The notes: generated by a model from the letters alone, not told the origin. Counted from the first letter of the stretch, positions 13,011 to 25,716 are shown. The stretch is DNA of 64,000 nt from Takakia lepidozioides (GCA_030704615.1 CM060734.1:11594001-11658000); one strand, 5' to 3'. Numbers and translations are program-made.

Positions 13011-13404
13011 CCTTGGAGAGGTGCTCGGGAGAAATCCCCAACTTTCATGCAGACCCTGGTGGAGACATGCAACCGGCACGGTGGGCGGGTGGTGGACTTG
13101 TCTATGGGCACAGGTGGGGCCCTAAACTTGTTTCTGAAATCTGAATTGTGAGAGCTTCAATTTTTTTTTGTGGACCCTGTTTCACCTTTTCGTTAATGTT
13201 GGGTTTGCAGGAGCATCTTTCCATGCCTACAAAAGTGCCGGTAGGCACTTCTTCGGCATGGAGGGGGATGCAGAGCTCTTTTCTAGCGAGCTTGAACAGC
13301 TTGCATCGGGCTCAACATCAGCCCCCCGCACGAAGGCAGTTTTCGAGGAGGCCGACGTTCCTGACAAAGATCTGGACGTGGACTCTGATTTTGAATGTGA
13401 GTAA
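13011..13404 (+). pseudogene. C-terminal fragment of an N4/N6-type (amino) DNA methyltransferase domain, two exons (13011-13113, 13211-13404)
   Basis: Spliced over a 97-nt GT..TTTGCAG intron: PWRGAREKSPTFMQTLVETCNRHGGRVVDLSMGT/GASFHAYKSAGRHFFGMEGDAELF. This parallels the QKP..L...LI...S..GD.VLDPF.GSGTT..AA...GR.FIG.E motif X-I-II block of beta-class MTases. Confidence 0.65.
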
Positions 13405-14289
13405 GTTGTGTTTGTTGTCGTGCAATCGGGTATTGCATTCCATTGCTTCTTTCCCACCGTGATTCCAATGATTCCTTCAATTATAAATCTCGCAATTGTG
13501 ACTTCTAACACGATTCCGGTTGATCCGTTTCAGAGTGTGGCACCAATCATCGGCGACATCCTTCGGTTTCCAAGGATACAACTTGACTCCAAGTCCGCCC
13601 TATGGTTACCACTTGCCTGTTTACGCGGAGGCATGCACACGTGTGTTTTCCCAGCAATCGGCCCGTTCGCCTCTCTATGGGGGGGTTGGCAGAAAAAAAT
13701 GTGGAAGTCAGGCTAGCGTATATGTAGATGACATTACTACCATGTCTGGAAGTAGTTCCTCTGGAACCTCGGGTAGTTGATGGGGTTGGTGGAGATTGGC
13801 TTAATAAATGGTGTTTTGCATTACAAGTGTTGCCACCCTGTTCTGCTACCATGTTTTTACGCATACCGCAAAGCATCTTTAGGGATTTCCTAGTGTATGT
13901 CTGGAGATCGTCAATCATTGAATAGTGGATATAAATTGGGGGGAAGGAACTTCGTTAAAACAAAGTCATTCTCGTTCGTGTTCATTACACAACCGGACAT
14001 TGTACTCTGTGAAATATCATGTACCCGTGCTCGAAAACCATCCACAAACCTCCCGTGATTTCTCGTCCGAACCAGATTTAGATGAGGGAGGAGACTTCTC
14101 GGAAAATAAAGTTTGAAAATTTGGGGCGTGGTAATCGCCTACCGTTCCGCGGAAATAGGTGGCTTCCGCGGAATTAGGTCCTGTACGTGGGAAACCTTGC
14201 TAACGTGGCGTGAGCCTGGGCGGGCTCACGCGCTCACAGGCTCACAGGCTCACGTGGAAGCATTCCCCCTCGGTGTGGCCGGTGGAACT

Positions 14290-14837
14290 GGGATGCAATC
14301 TTAGTCAGGTTGAGGCCGACGCCCTTACTGCAGCAGGATTTCGGATGGTGCAGCGAACTGACGTCCCCACACAACCATTTTCGGTTCCACAGCGTCGACC
14401 ACTGACCCCTATGTGAGCAAGAGCAGACCGACGTGACAACTCTGCGCATCCTACACACCGTTGGGGGAAACCGAGGAGATGGCGACCTGCCTCAAAAGTG
14501 AACGAGACAGGATGAGGAATGCACTTGGGATGAACTGTATAATCTAGAGCTGAACAGAAGTGCCCCCACCAGGCTTTGGGCGTATTTATCAGATGGTCAC
14601 GACAGGCTCAGTTGTCCGCAACGAGGTGTACACCATCACCATTTCAGAATTACCCACCTGTGCACCGACTTCCAAATCATGGCAAAGAAGGGGGCATCGT
14701 ATTGCCCTTGCAAACATCTGTACTACGTGTACCTAAAGAGACTCGGGTGTAATTCCACCACTCATTACTACATACATGCACCATCGTCGAGCCCGAACGA
14801 GGTGTTCACTCTTTTGAATATGGATCCAGGGGACTAG
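14290..14837 (+). pseudogene. SWIM zinc-finger C-terminus of a MULE-like transposase
   Basis: VYTITISELPTC-(frameshift)-TDFQIMAKKGASYCPCKHLYYVYLKRLGC...IHAPSSSPNEVFTLL* gives CxC..CKH. A possible terminus ...GCAAAGCCTTTCCC lies at 15287. Confidence 0.65.
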
Positions 14838-16239
14838 TGAGCTTGGTTTTCGGGGCACAAGACAATATTACGCCCATCCTTTCCAAAGTTTCAGTTATAG
14901 TTGAACTTTACTGCTGCAAGTACCTCTGACTTTGGCAACAGAACTGTTCGAGTTGTGTCTCTCCTACCAGTACCTATTTTGGTCATACTAGTATACTAAT
15001 ATGTAATTGCCTTCTGTTTCCACGTGCATGGAATTTTTTTGGGGGGTTGTTACTTTTCTCCTCACCCCAAACTTTGCATACCTCATTCGACCCCCGGCAA
15101 GGAAATGCGGCGCCACATTTCGAAGTAATGTGGCCGCCACTACCAGCACCTAGTTTGGTCATAGTAAGATAGTCACACCGAGTCTTTTGGGCGCCGACCG
15201 CCCACAACAGTGAACTCCTCAGAAATTTTGCACGTGCGAATCGTAATTTGGCACCGCATTTCGCAGTGGAGTGGCAAAGCCTTTCCCGCAGAATGTAGGA
15301 AGAAGCAAGATTTTTCAAGCACTACAGACTGTGTTGTTGCATGGGGATCATACAATCGCGAGAAAAGGGTCAGCCTCATTCTAATGTTAGGGCATATAAA
15401 ACTGCGGAATATTCTATACACGCCAGTATATGGCATCCTTTTGCTGTCGGATACTGGATTTTCCTAGTGAACCTCCATTGCACGGTCAGTTTTTTCCATG
15501 AGCAGATTTACGAAACCATGAGCGGAATTGTTACTCACGACATATCTTCGCCGCATTACAGGATCTGGAAATTCCAAACAGTCAATGACAAATAAAAAAT
15601 AAAATAAAATTTAATACTTTTTTTAATCAGCCGCGTCCAACATAGAGGAAGGTTTATCCAATTTAGGAGAGGAACCATCTAATAGGGGAGGTAACTCATC
15701 CACTTGTGGAGCGTCTCCATCGACCAATATATGGGGTCCAAATGTACTAGGGGAAGGTTCGTCCAATTTACGCAACACCTCATCTACTAGATGATGTAAT
15801 CATTTAGAAATTGATGTTACTTCATTCAATTTAGGCGCACTCCCTTCCCCATGCTCTTCCGTCAACTGATTATAGGGTCGAGCCCTCTTCTGCCCGCGGG
15901 TCAACACCGTATGTATAGGATATTGCTCCTCTCTTTGTGTATAAAAGTCTTCCACCATCTTCTCCTTCCTCTTTCTTCAATCATAGGCACACCCCCTCTC
16001 TGTAACCAACTCAATCCTCCGCACGTCGACACCAGTTCGAGCAGTAGTTGGTGGATTTGATGGGGTTGAATGTAAAGGTAGAGTTCCATGGTTTCTGTCA
16101 CCAGATAAGGTCTCAGCTGAACAACTGGAGTTGCTGCTCTACAGTTATTAGCCATATGGTAGGGCGTCCACTTGGTATTGGCAACAGGCGCCAGGTACAT
16201 TCGTCACTTGGCAGCAGATTTGGGACGCATTTTTAGATC

Positions 16240-16800
16240 ATTTTCGAACGGTCCACCAGTTCACCATTGTCTTGATGGCACTGGCCAGGATCCGCCAAGG
16301 CCCCACAGAGGAGGTGGCGGACTTTGAAATGCGATTTCGAGAGTTGATGCGACTCCAAAACCCTTTAACCCCCCTAGATGATGGGGTACTGAAGGATTGT
16401 TTTCTGAGTGGATTACGAGAGACCACTCACTTTCATGTTTTGCAGCAAAGACCTGCAACACTGGTAGATGCCATACAAGTCGGGCAACAACATGCATTGC
16501 CAGGTACAACGGGCCAAGATGCCCGACTTTGTACTTCCATCATACATTACGATCGAGCCCACGCAGGAGCCGACGCCATTAGCGGTGATCCAACCCGCTC
16601 TACACTATACGCCGTCATATGTAGGAGGAGCATGGCCATACGCCCCGGCGACATCCCCTACACCAGCAGTAGTACCGACCGTGCCACAGTATACGAATGC
16701 TGCCCCTACTAACTCGTATGCAGATTTCACTCGGCAGTCTGATTCACGGTTCAACATATACCATACCAAGTGACCAAACCAAGAGACACTTCCAACGCAC
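16240..16800 (+). pseudogene. gag: Retrotransposon gag fragment
   Basis: LARIRQGPTEEVADFEMRFREL...LKDCFLSGL...RPATLVDAI: the major-homology-like Q...E.V..F..RF motif. Confidence 0.75.
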
Positions 16801-19119
16801 CCAGATGAAGCATTTCCAGACCCACAATTACAACGAATGTAAGGTCTATGCCAATTGATCAGCTGACTTTTGTGATTCTTAGATCTGGTTGAGCCAGTAG
16901 GTAGGTCGTTCTTGGTCCGTAAGGTCAAGTTCTCACCTTGGTCACAAAGGTGTAGAAACTACATAGATGTGGTGTCAAAACCTTGCAAGATGTTGTCATA
17001 CGACAAATGTTTTTTGTTAGTGTCGTTTCTAAGATAATTATAACACGACACTCGACGACGGAATGTGTGACAAGTTCGCACTATTTCATCATGTAGTTCA
17101 ATCGTATGGACTTGACATCATATCCGGTTGTTCATATATGATATCAACTTAGTACAGATATGGAGTATGATGATGAAATACGAAATCCGTGCGAAAGTTA
17201 TATGCACCCTTGAAAAAACGGATGTCGCAGAAAATGTGATATGGTGCTGCCACCCTAGGCTCTTGCAATGTCTTGGCAAGTCTGAAAACTTCATTCTCAT
17301 CAAACTACTCAAACCATTATATTACTACCTATTTCTAAACATCATGAAGTTGATATTGGGTATGAGAAGAGAAGTTACTTGTATGTGGCAGTGCCATGTT
17401 ATGCCAGTGACATCACAAAGAATCTTTCTGAGCAATGACAGTAATCAACAACTGCTAGAATTTTGAAAGAGAGAATTGATACCTAACTAAGATGTTCCAT
17501 TATTGAGAAAATGCTACAAGGACACCAGTGTCACTCAAATGGGTGAATTTACTTGAGCATAATACTTTGGTACTATATTCGTGCTTGGGAATGGGATCGA
17601 TCAATCATGCACGGACATAGTACAAATGTGTTTCAAGCCATCACTTCCATGTGAAAAAATCACTAAAATTGATGTGTGTTGTGCCATCACGTACGTACGT
17701 ATATCCATGCCATTACGTACTGTAGTAATTTATATTGGTAAGACACAAAATTCGTAGTGATAAAGTCAAATTTAACGAGTTTGGCACGGATATAGTACCA
17801 CCTCGTTTTCTACTAACAGGGACACCGGATCCATGTCGTAATAGAACCAACGTAATTAGTGTCACTCTAACGCCATCAAAGTGACGTTTATGACATGGAT
17901 GAGTTGTTTAACGATATCCGTGCCACAATCGTTGGGTAGCGCTTCTAAGCTTAAGTCACCATGGAAAGGACCTTATGTCATACAGAAGATGTATGATAAC
18001 AACACAGCCATGTTACAAACCATTAACAAAGAGATGCTTGGAAGAGTTAATGCCAATAAGTTGAAGGGATACAGTGGTATCCATGATAAACCATTGCAGC
18101 ATGATTTGCATATTGAAACACAGAAGCAGTCACGGACTACACCGGTAATACCAATGGAGCATGAGGCACTTGTCGTAAAGCCGAATGTGTATGGCCTGAG
18201 CGTAGAACACGGGTGTTCACACATTCATCACAGGCCACCACAGTATGACACAGCCTATCACAGCCCATCACAACATCACACAGCCTATCACAGCTCGTCA
18301 CAGTTTGACACAGCCTGTCACAGGCCAACACAGCCCACGCGGGTTGTACAGTCCATATGATCAGTGACAGGTGGACGCAGGTTAACGTCAGAAAAGTGGC
18401 CGGTAAGTGTAAGGTCAGCTTGGGAGTCAAACTCGGAGAAAAAACCACGCGGACAGAGGGCGACGAGAGAGTGTTTGAATTCGAACATGTGGCCTAAGGG
18501 GCAAAGCGCTCTGCATTGCATGAACTGCAATAACGGGTGTCATCTGCCAAAAGACAAACTGGGCCGTCAAAGTACCTACCGGTACAACAGCCAAAACTAA
18601 TTGCGGGCCCATTAATGCATCCAGGGAACAGGTAACGGAACCCTTTACACGAACAGCAAAGGGGGACCTTTGCCACATGTGCTGTCCTAGTGGACATTCC
18701 ATGTGGGAATATGAGCAGATGGGGGTAAAATTAAGAAGTTACCTGAGGAGGCAATAGCCAACCAGGAGTGAGAATTTCATGCAAGTGGTTCCCTCCAAGA
18801 AACAAGAACAAGAAATTAGAAGAGTTATGAGCGAAAGAGTCGGGGGGCTCCGAATAACCAACGTCTCGACGGGAGGGGCAATCAAAGCTATAGCTTTGTA
18901 GCTATGGCGGATATTACAAACTATGAGCTAGCTTTACCTCTCATGCGGTGGCGCAAGGACAGACGGGTTGAAAGGACATTCTCTCTCACCCACTATCTGC
19001 AAGCCCCACAAGCTTACACGTACTTATCCGTTCCTTTCTGTGCCAACCATACCTTTATGCTCTATGCCCTACAAGCTTTCCTACAGCTATTTCAAACAAG
19101 GCCTTCTTGTTTGTCTGGG

Positions 19120-22100
19120 ATGAAGAGAATTAGGGGAATGGAGGATATCAGGGTGAATAGCACCACGATTTGTAGAAGCAAACAATTGCTACACCACAGG
19201 CGTGCAGCTGCTGAAGGAGTTGCGATTGGAAGGACTGCTACGCAAGGAATGGTCCTTGCATCATCGGAAGTACATGATTCAATTCATTCAGAACTTTGAG
19301 CCCCGGACAAGAGTTACACAGGTGAGGGGAGTAGATATAGAAATTACTCCCCAGTACTTGCAGCAACTGATTGAATTGCCATCTGGGCATGTGAATGTGG
19401 ATGAACACAGGGCAAGATTGCAAATAGGGAATTTGTTCCAAGAAGCGAGTTTCTTTAAGACTCAAGGATACACCTGCACCAAGGCCGAGTACCGAGGGTT
19501 AAGGGAAGTGGGCCAAATACTGAACGTTCTGTTTGCCATGAAGCAGAACCAACAGTACCTTAGCAGATCATTCACGGAGGAGATACTGAAAGCCTTGAGG
19601 GGAGAGGATGTGGCTTGGGCGGAGTTAATGTACAATGGTCTGGTGGAAGAGATGAAGCGGTTACAAGGCACTGCTGCTAAGTCTCCGATCATTGTGTTTG
19701 GCCCAGTAATTGCGCAAATGATCCTTGATTCTTGTTTGCTTGATGCACGAGAACGCAAGAAAATGGGAGTGTTTGAGACAACAACTACTGCAATTGAGGA
19801 GTTGGGTTCTTCACAAGGTGAAGGGGGATTGGAAGGGCAGCACCAGTCCAAGAGACAAAAGCGGGATACGACTGTAGTGGCAGATCCACTAGCTTCAAGG
19901 AAACCGCAAGATGATGTTTCCATAGCCTTGTGCAGGATGGGGAACAGCAGCACAGAGGGCTGTTACTGTTGGAAGCATGACCCTTGGAAAGGGAGGAAGA
20001 AGTCACTTGAGTGCCATAGCCACCATAGCCAATTGACTCGGTTGCCCCAGGGGTAACTCACATTGTGCATGCTGTCACACCAGAGCCTAATGCTGTGGAA
20101 GGAGAAGGGTTGGACATTCCCACTACAAAGCAGGTAGTGGCAGACATTGAGAAGGGTGACCTTCTCTATGAGAACTCTGGCATGGTTGGAGAACCAGTAG
20201 TACCAAAGATGCAGAGTTTGACAAAGGAAATCCCTGTTGTGCATGTCATGCCCGAACCTGTGAAGGAGGTTCCAGGGGTAGAATGTAAGGGCACTGCAGC
20301 ACCTGTGGAGAATGAGGTCGTTGAGGAAGAAGATCTTGTGGGAACATGGCCTGAATGGTTGGTGAAACATCACACTGTGGAGAATCAGGGGGACCATCAA
20401 CAAGTTTCCCATGAAGACCCACAGCAGGCCATGCTTATGAGTTCCATAAGCAGAACACTCAATTTGTTGGGCACTTATGTGAAATCCCATGTTCCATCCA
20501 CACAATTGGCAACTTTGAGGGAGGAACTCAAGCAAGAGTTTGAGGCTAGAAATGCCACTGAGTATGCAAACAAGGTGGATGTGGAGGCCAACCTCAAGTT
20601 GCAGAAAGAATTGGAGGACACGAAGGCTGCCCTGTAGCTAGCAAAGGGGAATCTGATTGAAGCGGGTCTGGAGCAGGATAAGTTGCATGAATTACATAAG
20701 CAACAACTATACCAGTTGCAGGTCAAGCATGAGGGAAAATTGCAGGAAGTGAAGATGCTTCATACAGAGTTGGAGGCAGTTCATCAGAAAATGACCATCC
20801 AATGTGCAACACTAACAACTGCTCTGCAGTAAACTGCATTAGAAGTTAACAGACAAGCAGAGAGGTGTATGATGGTGGAGGCTGAGACAGTGGAGCAAGG
20901 GAAACTCATTGCTGATTTGAAGGCTACTATCTGTCGCAATGAGGATACCTTCCAACAATACAGTCGGATTGAGGCTGAGAAGGAAAGGTACATCCTGGAG
21001 TTGCAGCAAACACTCACGGGCCAAAAGAATGAACTCTCTGTGGCTAACAAGGCTCGGAAGGAAGCCAATAATCTGATTGCTGCCTATGCAGCCTTGGTTG
21101 AACCTCATGCAAAGTGCATGCAGGCTTTACAGCAGTAGTTAGATATGTACAGACTCAGGGAGGAGCAGACTCTCAGGGGTGCTACACAGGACTTGGTGGA
21201 TAATCATCTTATGCAAGTATGGTTAACACAAAGGCCGGTGGAAGGGAAGGCACCAAGAAAGCTCACCCCAGGGGGAGATGAATGATCTCAGGTTGCACGT
21301 GCAGAACATTGCCACAACTACTATAGACAATGTCTATAGTATGACAACGGAGTTACAGGATGATGTGGAAGGGCTGTAGACTCAAGTGGATGACTTGAGT
21401 TCCAACATTGACAAAAAAGTCTTTGTTCCTGAGGAGCAGCTGGTGGCTACTTATTTGCATGCCAGGACTCTGATTTTTCAGTCTTCATCACAGGAGGTGC
21501 AGGAGTTGCTAGCAATAGGAGGCACATGGCGGCAATATCACAGCCCCCACAGCAGGTGGCTGACACTGTTGATACCATGGCAATGCCACAGTCTAAGGTT
21601 TGGGGGGATGCTGCTTTTAACCCACCTAGGACTCCTGCTGCACTTGAGTACAATCGGGCTATGATAATGTCCTTCAACCAAATTCCCATTGTGATGGATT
21701 TGGCTTGGAAGGAATTCAGTCCTCCATAGTCTTTGGCACATTATTACCAGATCATGCGCATTTGGTTGCCAGAGGCAACTCGGACTAAGGTTCTTCCGAA
21801 CAATCAACCCATTGAGGATCATCATTTTGCACGGTACTGGTTTGAGGCAGGCACCATGCTGAAGGAATTAATTGCCTTCCAGGTTGTTCATGGGTACATA
21901 TACACCAAGACCAAGGAGGTATCTAGTCTGGTTATGGGCTGTGGATTGTACTATGCTGCTTGTTTCATTGTCACATTGAGCAGCAGAAGATGCAGTCAAG
22001 ATTTCTGAGTTATTCCACTGGGATCATTGGGTCTTACCTTCAGTTCCACCCCATATGTATCTGTATGAGGTGAAAGTCATGCTGCAGAAGGATTCCCAAC

Positions 22101-22663
22101 TTCGTTCATGGTTTAATTTGGCTTGGACCAACTTGGCCAAAGAAAAATTGGGCCCTGACAATATTTTTTATAAGGGACATGAAGCCTGGAAATACTTACA
22201 CTGTTCCAAAGTCATTGGCACACCTCTCACCTGTACGGACAAGGAATTCAGGGAGTACACTCATTTTGCTTACAAGCGATCAAGGCAAGTAGTACAGTTT
22301 AAGCTTCCAGACATGGTGGGCCAACACTGTATGCCACGCAGGATTCCTGAGAAGCCACTTAAGGTTCGGACACCAAAAAACCTCAGGGGGGAAGATGATT
22401 CTGATACTACTGGTTCAGTGGAGGGTGATTTTGACATGGCTGAGGAATATGAATTAGCAATGGCGGACAAAAGACGACGGGGATCTCCTATACCACAACA
22501 TTTACCTCTTTCTCAAACTAACGCAGGGTTGGTAGTTCCAGCTAGTCGACACTTATCTCCATCAGCCAGTGACAGGGCTCGGGCTCATTCACAGAGCCCT
22601 CCAAAGGACTCTCACCGACAGAAGGGTGCTTGTTCACAAAGGTTTGCTGATCCTAAACAGTAA
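19120..22663 (+). pseudogene. Large accessory (3' extra, env-position) ORF of the Gypsy element, ~1,180 codons, disrupted
   Basis: Chain of + strand ORFs 19202, 20065, 20869, 21386, 21526, 21733, 22055. N-terminal FIQNF..RTRVTQVRGVDIEITPQYLQQLIELP (plant-transposon/Athila-ORF-like), central coiled coil, unrecognised C-terminal domain. Confidence 0.75.
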
Positions 22664-22701
22664 ACCGTGAGGACATTGCTTTTTGAGAGGGGGAGGGGTA
22701 A

Positions 22702-23733
22702 TGTTAGAGGGCTGTCTGACACTTAGACAGTGTTACGGGTTCTGTGGGGTACCCTTAATTTTTGCGTAGACTTACGATGGTAGCCTTAGACCAACACAGG
22801 CTTAGGGGGTGGTACACAAGGTTGCATAGTCAGTCACAACCATACACAGTCTTACACAGCCCGACACAGCCTTACACAGTTTGTCACAGTCAATCACAGC
22901 CTATCACAGTTAGTCACAGTCTATCACAGCCCGACACAGCTTCGCACAGCTAGTCACAGCCCAACACAGCACGACACAGCCCGACACAGCTTTACACAGC
23001 CAGTCACAGCCGACACAGTCCGACACAGCTAGTCACAGCTCGGCACAATCATAGCCCGATACAGCTTGGCACAGCCCGTCACAGCGTACTTATGGAACGA
23101 TTATCACTGGTAGGGAACAACGTCTGCAGAAGGAACGTGCTTACTTTTTGGGTGACAGTTAGTTAGTTAGGCGGTTAGAACAATTTGCAGGTAGATTAGG
23201 CAGAGCAACAACATGGGAAGGGACACTTCACGGAGAGCACTTCTGGCACTTCTGGGTCATTCACGAGAGGAGATTAGGCAGAGAGCAGGAACGGGAGCAA
23301 TGATGGAGAGCACGGTGAAGGAGGACTAGAGATGATCAGTAGATGCTTGATACATACAAAGCTGTAGTGATATACCGTAGAGCAGGCTAGGGACACCATG
23401 GCTTTGGCCTGATACATGATGAATCTTAATCTGATACTTATTCGATACAATCACACTGTGTAGAGAGACTTGAGTGAAGCTGTGGAATGAATGGATGAGT
23501 GAATGGAACCTGATAGATACTGAAGCAAACTTATGCTTAAGTATACACAGTAAGGTAATTTGCTAACATGAAGGCAAGAAGAAATACAAACAGGAAGCAC
23601 AACCATGATACACTAGCTGTAGGTCATGACTGATTGTTATGAGCGGGTTGAGTGCTTAGAGATATCCAACTCTTCTATCTTGGAGTTTCCACCTCGGATA
23701 GCGAAGGGATGGGTGAGTAAAAGCCGCTCGACA
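22702..23733 (+). repeat. LTR (family 1, 3' LTR, 1032 bp) with internal CACAGC micro-repeat array at ~22840-23085
   Basis: TG...CA termini, PPT immediately upstream, homologous to the reverse complement of 37166-38021. Confidence 0.9.
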
Positions 23734-24399
23734 TACACAGTACCTCTGCTCATGAACGTAGTTCGTAAATTTATGAAGGTTGTTGTACCACTGGGGTGAC
23801 GTAGTCAGTGCAGACTATAATAACAACCAACTTCTTTTCGCCACATAATAATAACCAAGTTCTTTTCACCACATTGAAATTGAACGAATTTGTAGAATTC
23901 GAACAATTCTAATTTGTATGTTCTGTTGTAGTCGGTGGTGACTATACCACCCAAAATCCGGGCACGGGTATAGGCGTTCTACCCCCTAATTTTGATGATT
24001 TTTGGCAAATTCGAAATTGACCCCTTTATGTATAAACAAGTCGGTATGCGGGGACGTCGGGAAGCTTTGTTTTCGGTTCTCATTGTGGCTCGGTATAGGT
24101 TCGGGCGAGGTTCGGAATACTCCGCTCCTGCTCATGCGCTCACCGCTCACCGCTCATGCATTTTCAATCCCCGCTTTGGGCTACCCAAAGAGCACTAGGA
24201 CTTATGTTGCTGCTGGTCAGATTTATGGTGGCAACGAACGGATGGCTGGCCTCCTTCCTCGCTTCCCAAATGTGACGAGTGGGTCCAAGCACTCCACGCC
24301 AGCCAATGTCTTTTGCTTCATACCTGCTCAGGCTCATTGCAACTTCCTCATGATGGAGAAGCCGCTCAAATGTCTCAGGATGCTTCAGCAGATCTTTTG

Positions 24400-24704
24400 G
24401 CATTTTAATGAGCTCCACACTCAAATTATGGACTTCATCAAGAAGAAGAGTGTGTGTTTTGTTGGCATCCATGGGCAAGCTGGTCTAGGGCAAACAACAC
24501 TTATGAAAGAAGGTGTTGCAAAAATTGAGAACATCGAGAAGCTTCTTTATGCATACATCGAGGTGAGTCAAGATCTTCGGAGGCATCAGTCCCCCTTGAT
24601 AGAACAACTTGGGGGTGGCAAGATGGAGTTCACCAGTACTGCTCAGGGTCGGAGTGCAGTGCTTTATCAGTTGCGAACGCTGAAACAGAACAACAAGCAA
24701 CATA
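24400..24704 (+). pseudogene. NB-ARC (NLR-type) N-terminal fragment truncated by an LTR
   Basis: VCFVGIHGQAGLGQTTL (P-loop, invariant Lys replaced by Gln), YAYIEVSQD (RNBS-A-like), LIEQLGG. Ends just before the expected kinase-2 motif. Confidence 0.7.
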
Positions 24705-25714
24705 TGTCTGTGTACGCCCGACCCCCCAAGTGCAGACACGTCCTAAGGCCCAGCCCTGAAGTTGCCACCTCGAGCTCCATGACACGCACGCACTGCCAAC
24801 CGGTGTCGCTGGATCTTTACCCCTTGTCACTGATAACGGCTAAGTATGACACAGCTACGAGGGCCAGACAGCGAGAGTCACGATGGGACATACCGGGTAG
24901 TGATTGGTTTACACTACGTGGTCACGGGCAGAAAAGGCTAAGTGCGCGGCACTTAGCAAACGGCGGAACAAGGGTACACTACCACGGGAGCAGTAGTGGG
25001 TAGTGTAGCAGCAGTGGGCCGTGAACCTCGATAACATAGGCTTTTACTAATAGAGGAAGTAGTGAAGGACCGTGGGCCGTGTACCACTATGGCACACGAC
25101 CAAAAGTCACGACCACTACCACGAGCCACTTTTCTGCAAACCCTTTAGGTTGCGTAGGCAGTTAGGCAACGGTCATTAACGACTTCGGGCTGTAACGGCT
25201 CTTTTGAGCATAGTATAAAAGGGCTGCATGCAACTTAGAAGGTATCAGTGATCCGTGTGTATCCAGTGGACTCAGAGTAACTCTATGTGTACTTATGCTA
25301 TGATGTGATGAACTCTGAAGTAAAGCCATGCTATTCCAAGTATCTCTGTGTAGAGTGAACGTGAGATGGAGAAAATGTGCATTATGAGAGAACGTGAGAT
25401 GGTGAGAATGTGTATCATCTTAGAATAGATCTTGTTGTCTTGAATACTGTATGATTGCATGAACAAAGAGGCTCCAGCCTTTCCGACTAAGATCTTTTAG
25501 CTGATGAGACTGCGGGTTGGACTTAATTAATAGGATTAAGCAACCTGTCCAGATGTTGATTCATACAACTACCAGGGGTTAGCTATCTTTCAAAACAATT
25601 ACTCTGTAATCGTTTCAGAAGACATATCGTCGGACAACCTCTGTTGCATGTCTTGGGAAATGGGTTGTAGAGTTGAGAGCCTATTTTGTCTAAGTCATAA
25701 ACCAGCGGTTAACA
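24705..25714 (+). repeat. 5' LTR of Ty3/Gypsy family 2 (left boundary approximate)
   Basis: Ends ...GGTTAACA directly before the PBS; TATAAAA at ~25214; starts with TGT where NB-ARC similarity stops. Confidence 0.7.
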
Positions 25715-25716
25715 TT

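Larger units (their letters stand above)
17940..23733 (+). mobile_element. Ty3/Gypsy family 1, 3' half: integrase C-terminus, long accessory ORF, PPT, 3' LTR
   Basis: KLKSPWKGPYVI (GPY/F motif) at ~17950; polypurine tract GAGAGGGGGAGGGG at 22685-22698; LTR TGTTAGAGGG...CTCGACA. Confidence 0.9.

Noticed and set aside
24002-25003. 333-aa ORF as a real gene
   Set aside because: Chimera of upstream sequence, an NB-ARC fragment and LTR sequence.
25495-25560. CTGATGA as a hammerhead ribozyme core (also 51421, minus strand)
   Set aside because: No stem II closed by GAAA and no stem III/cleavage triplet could be formed.
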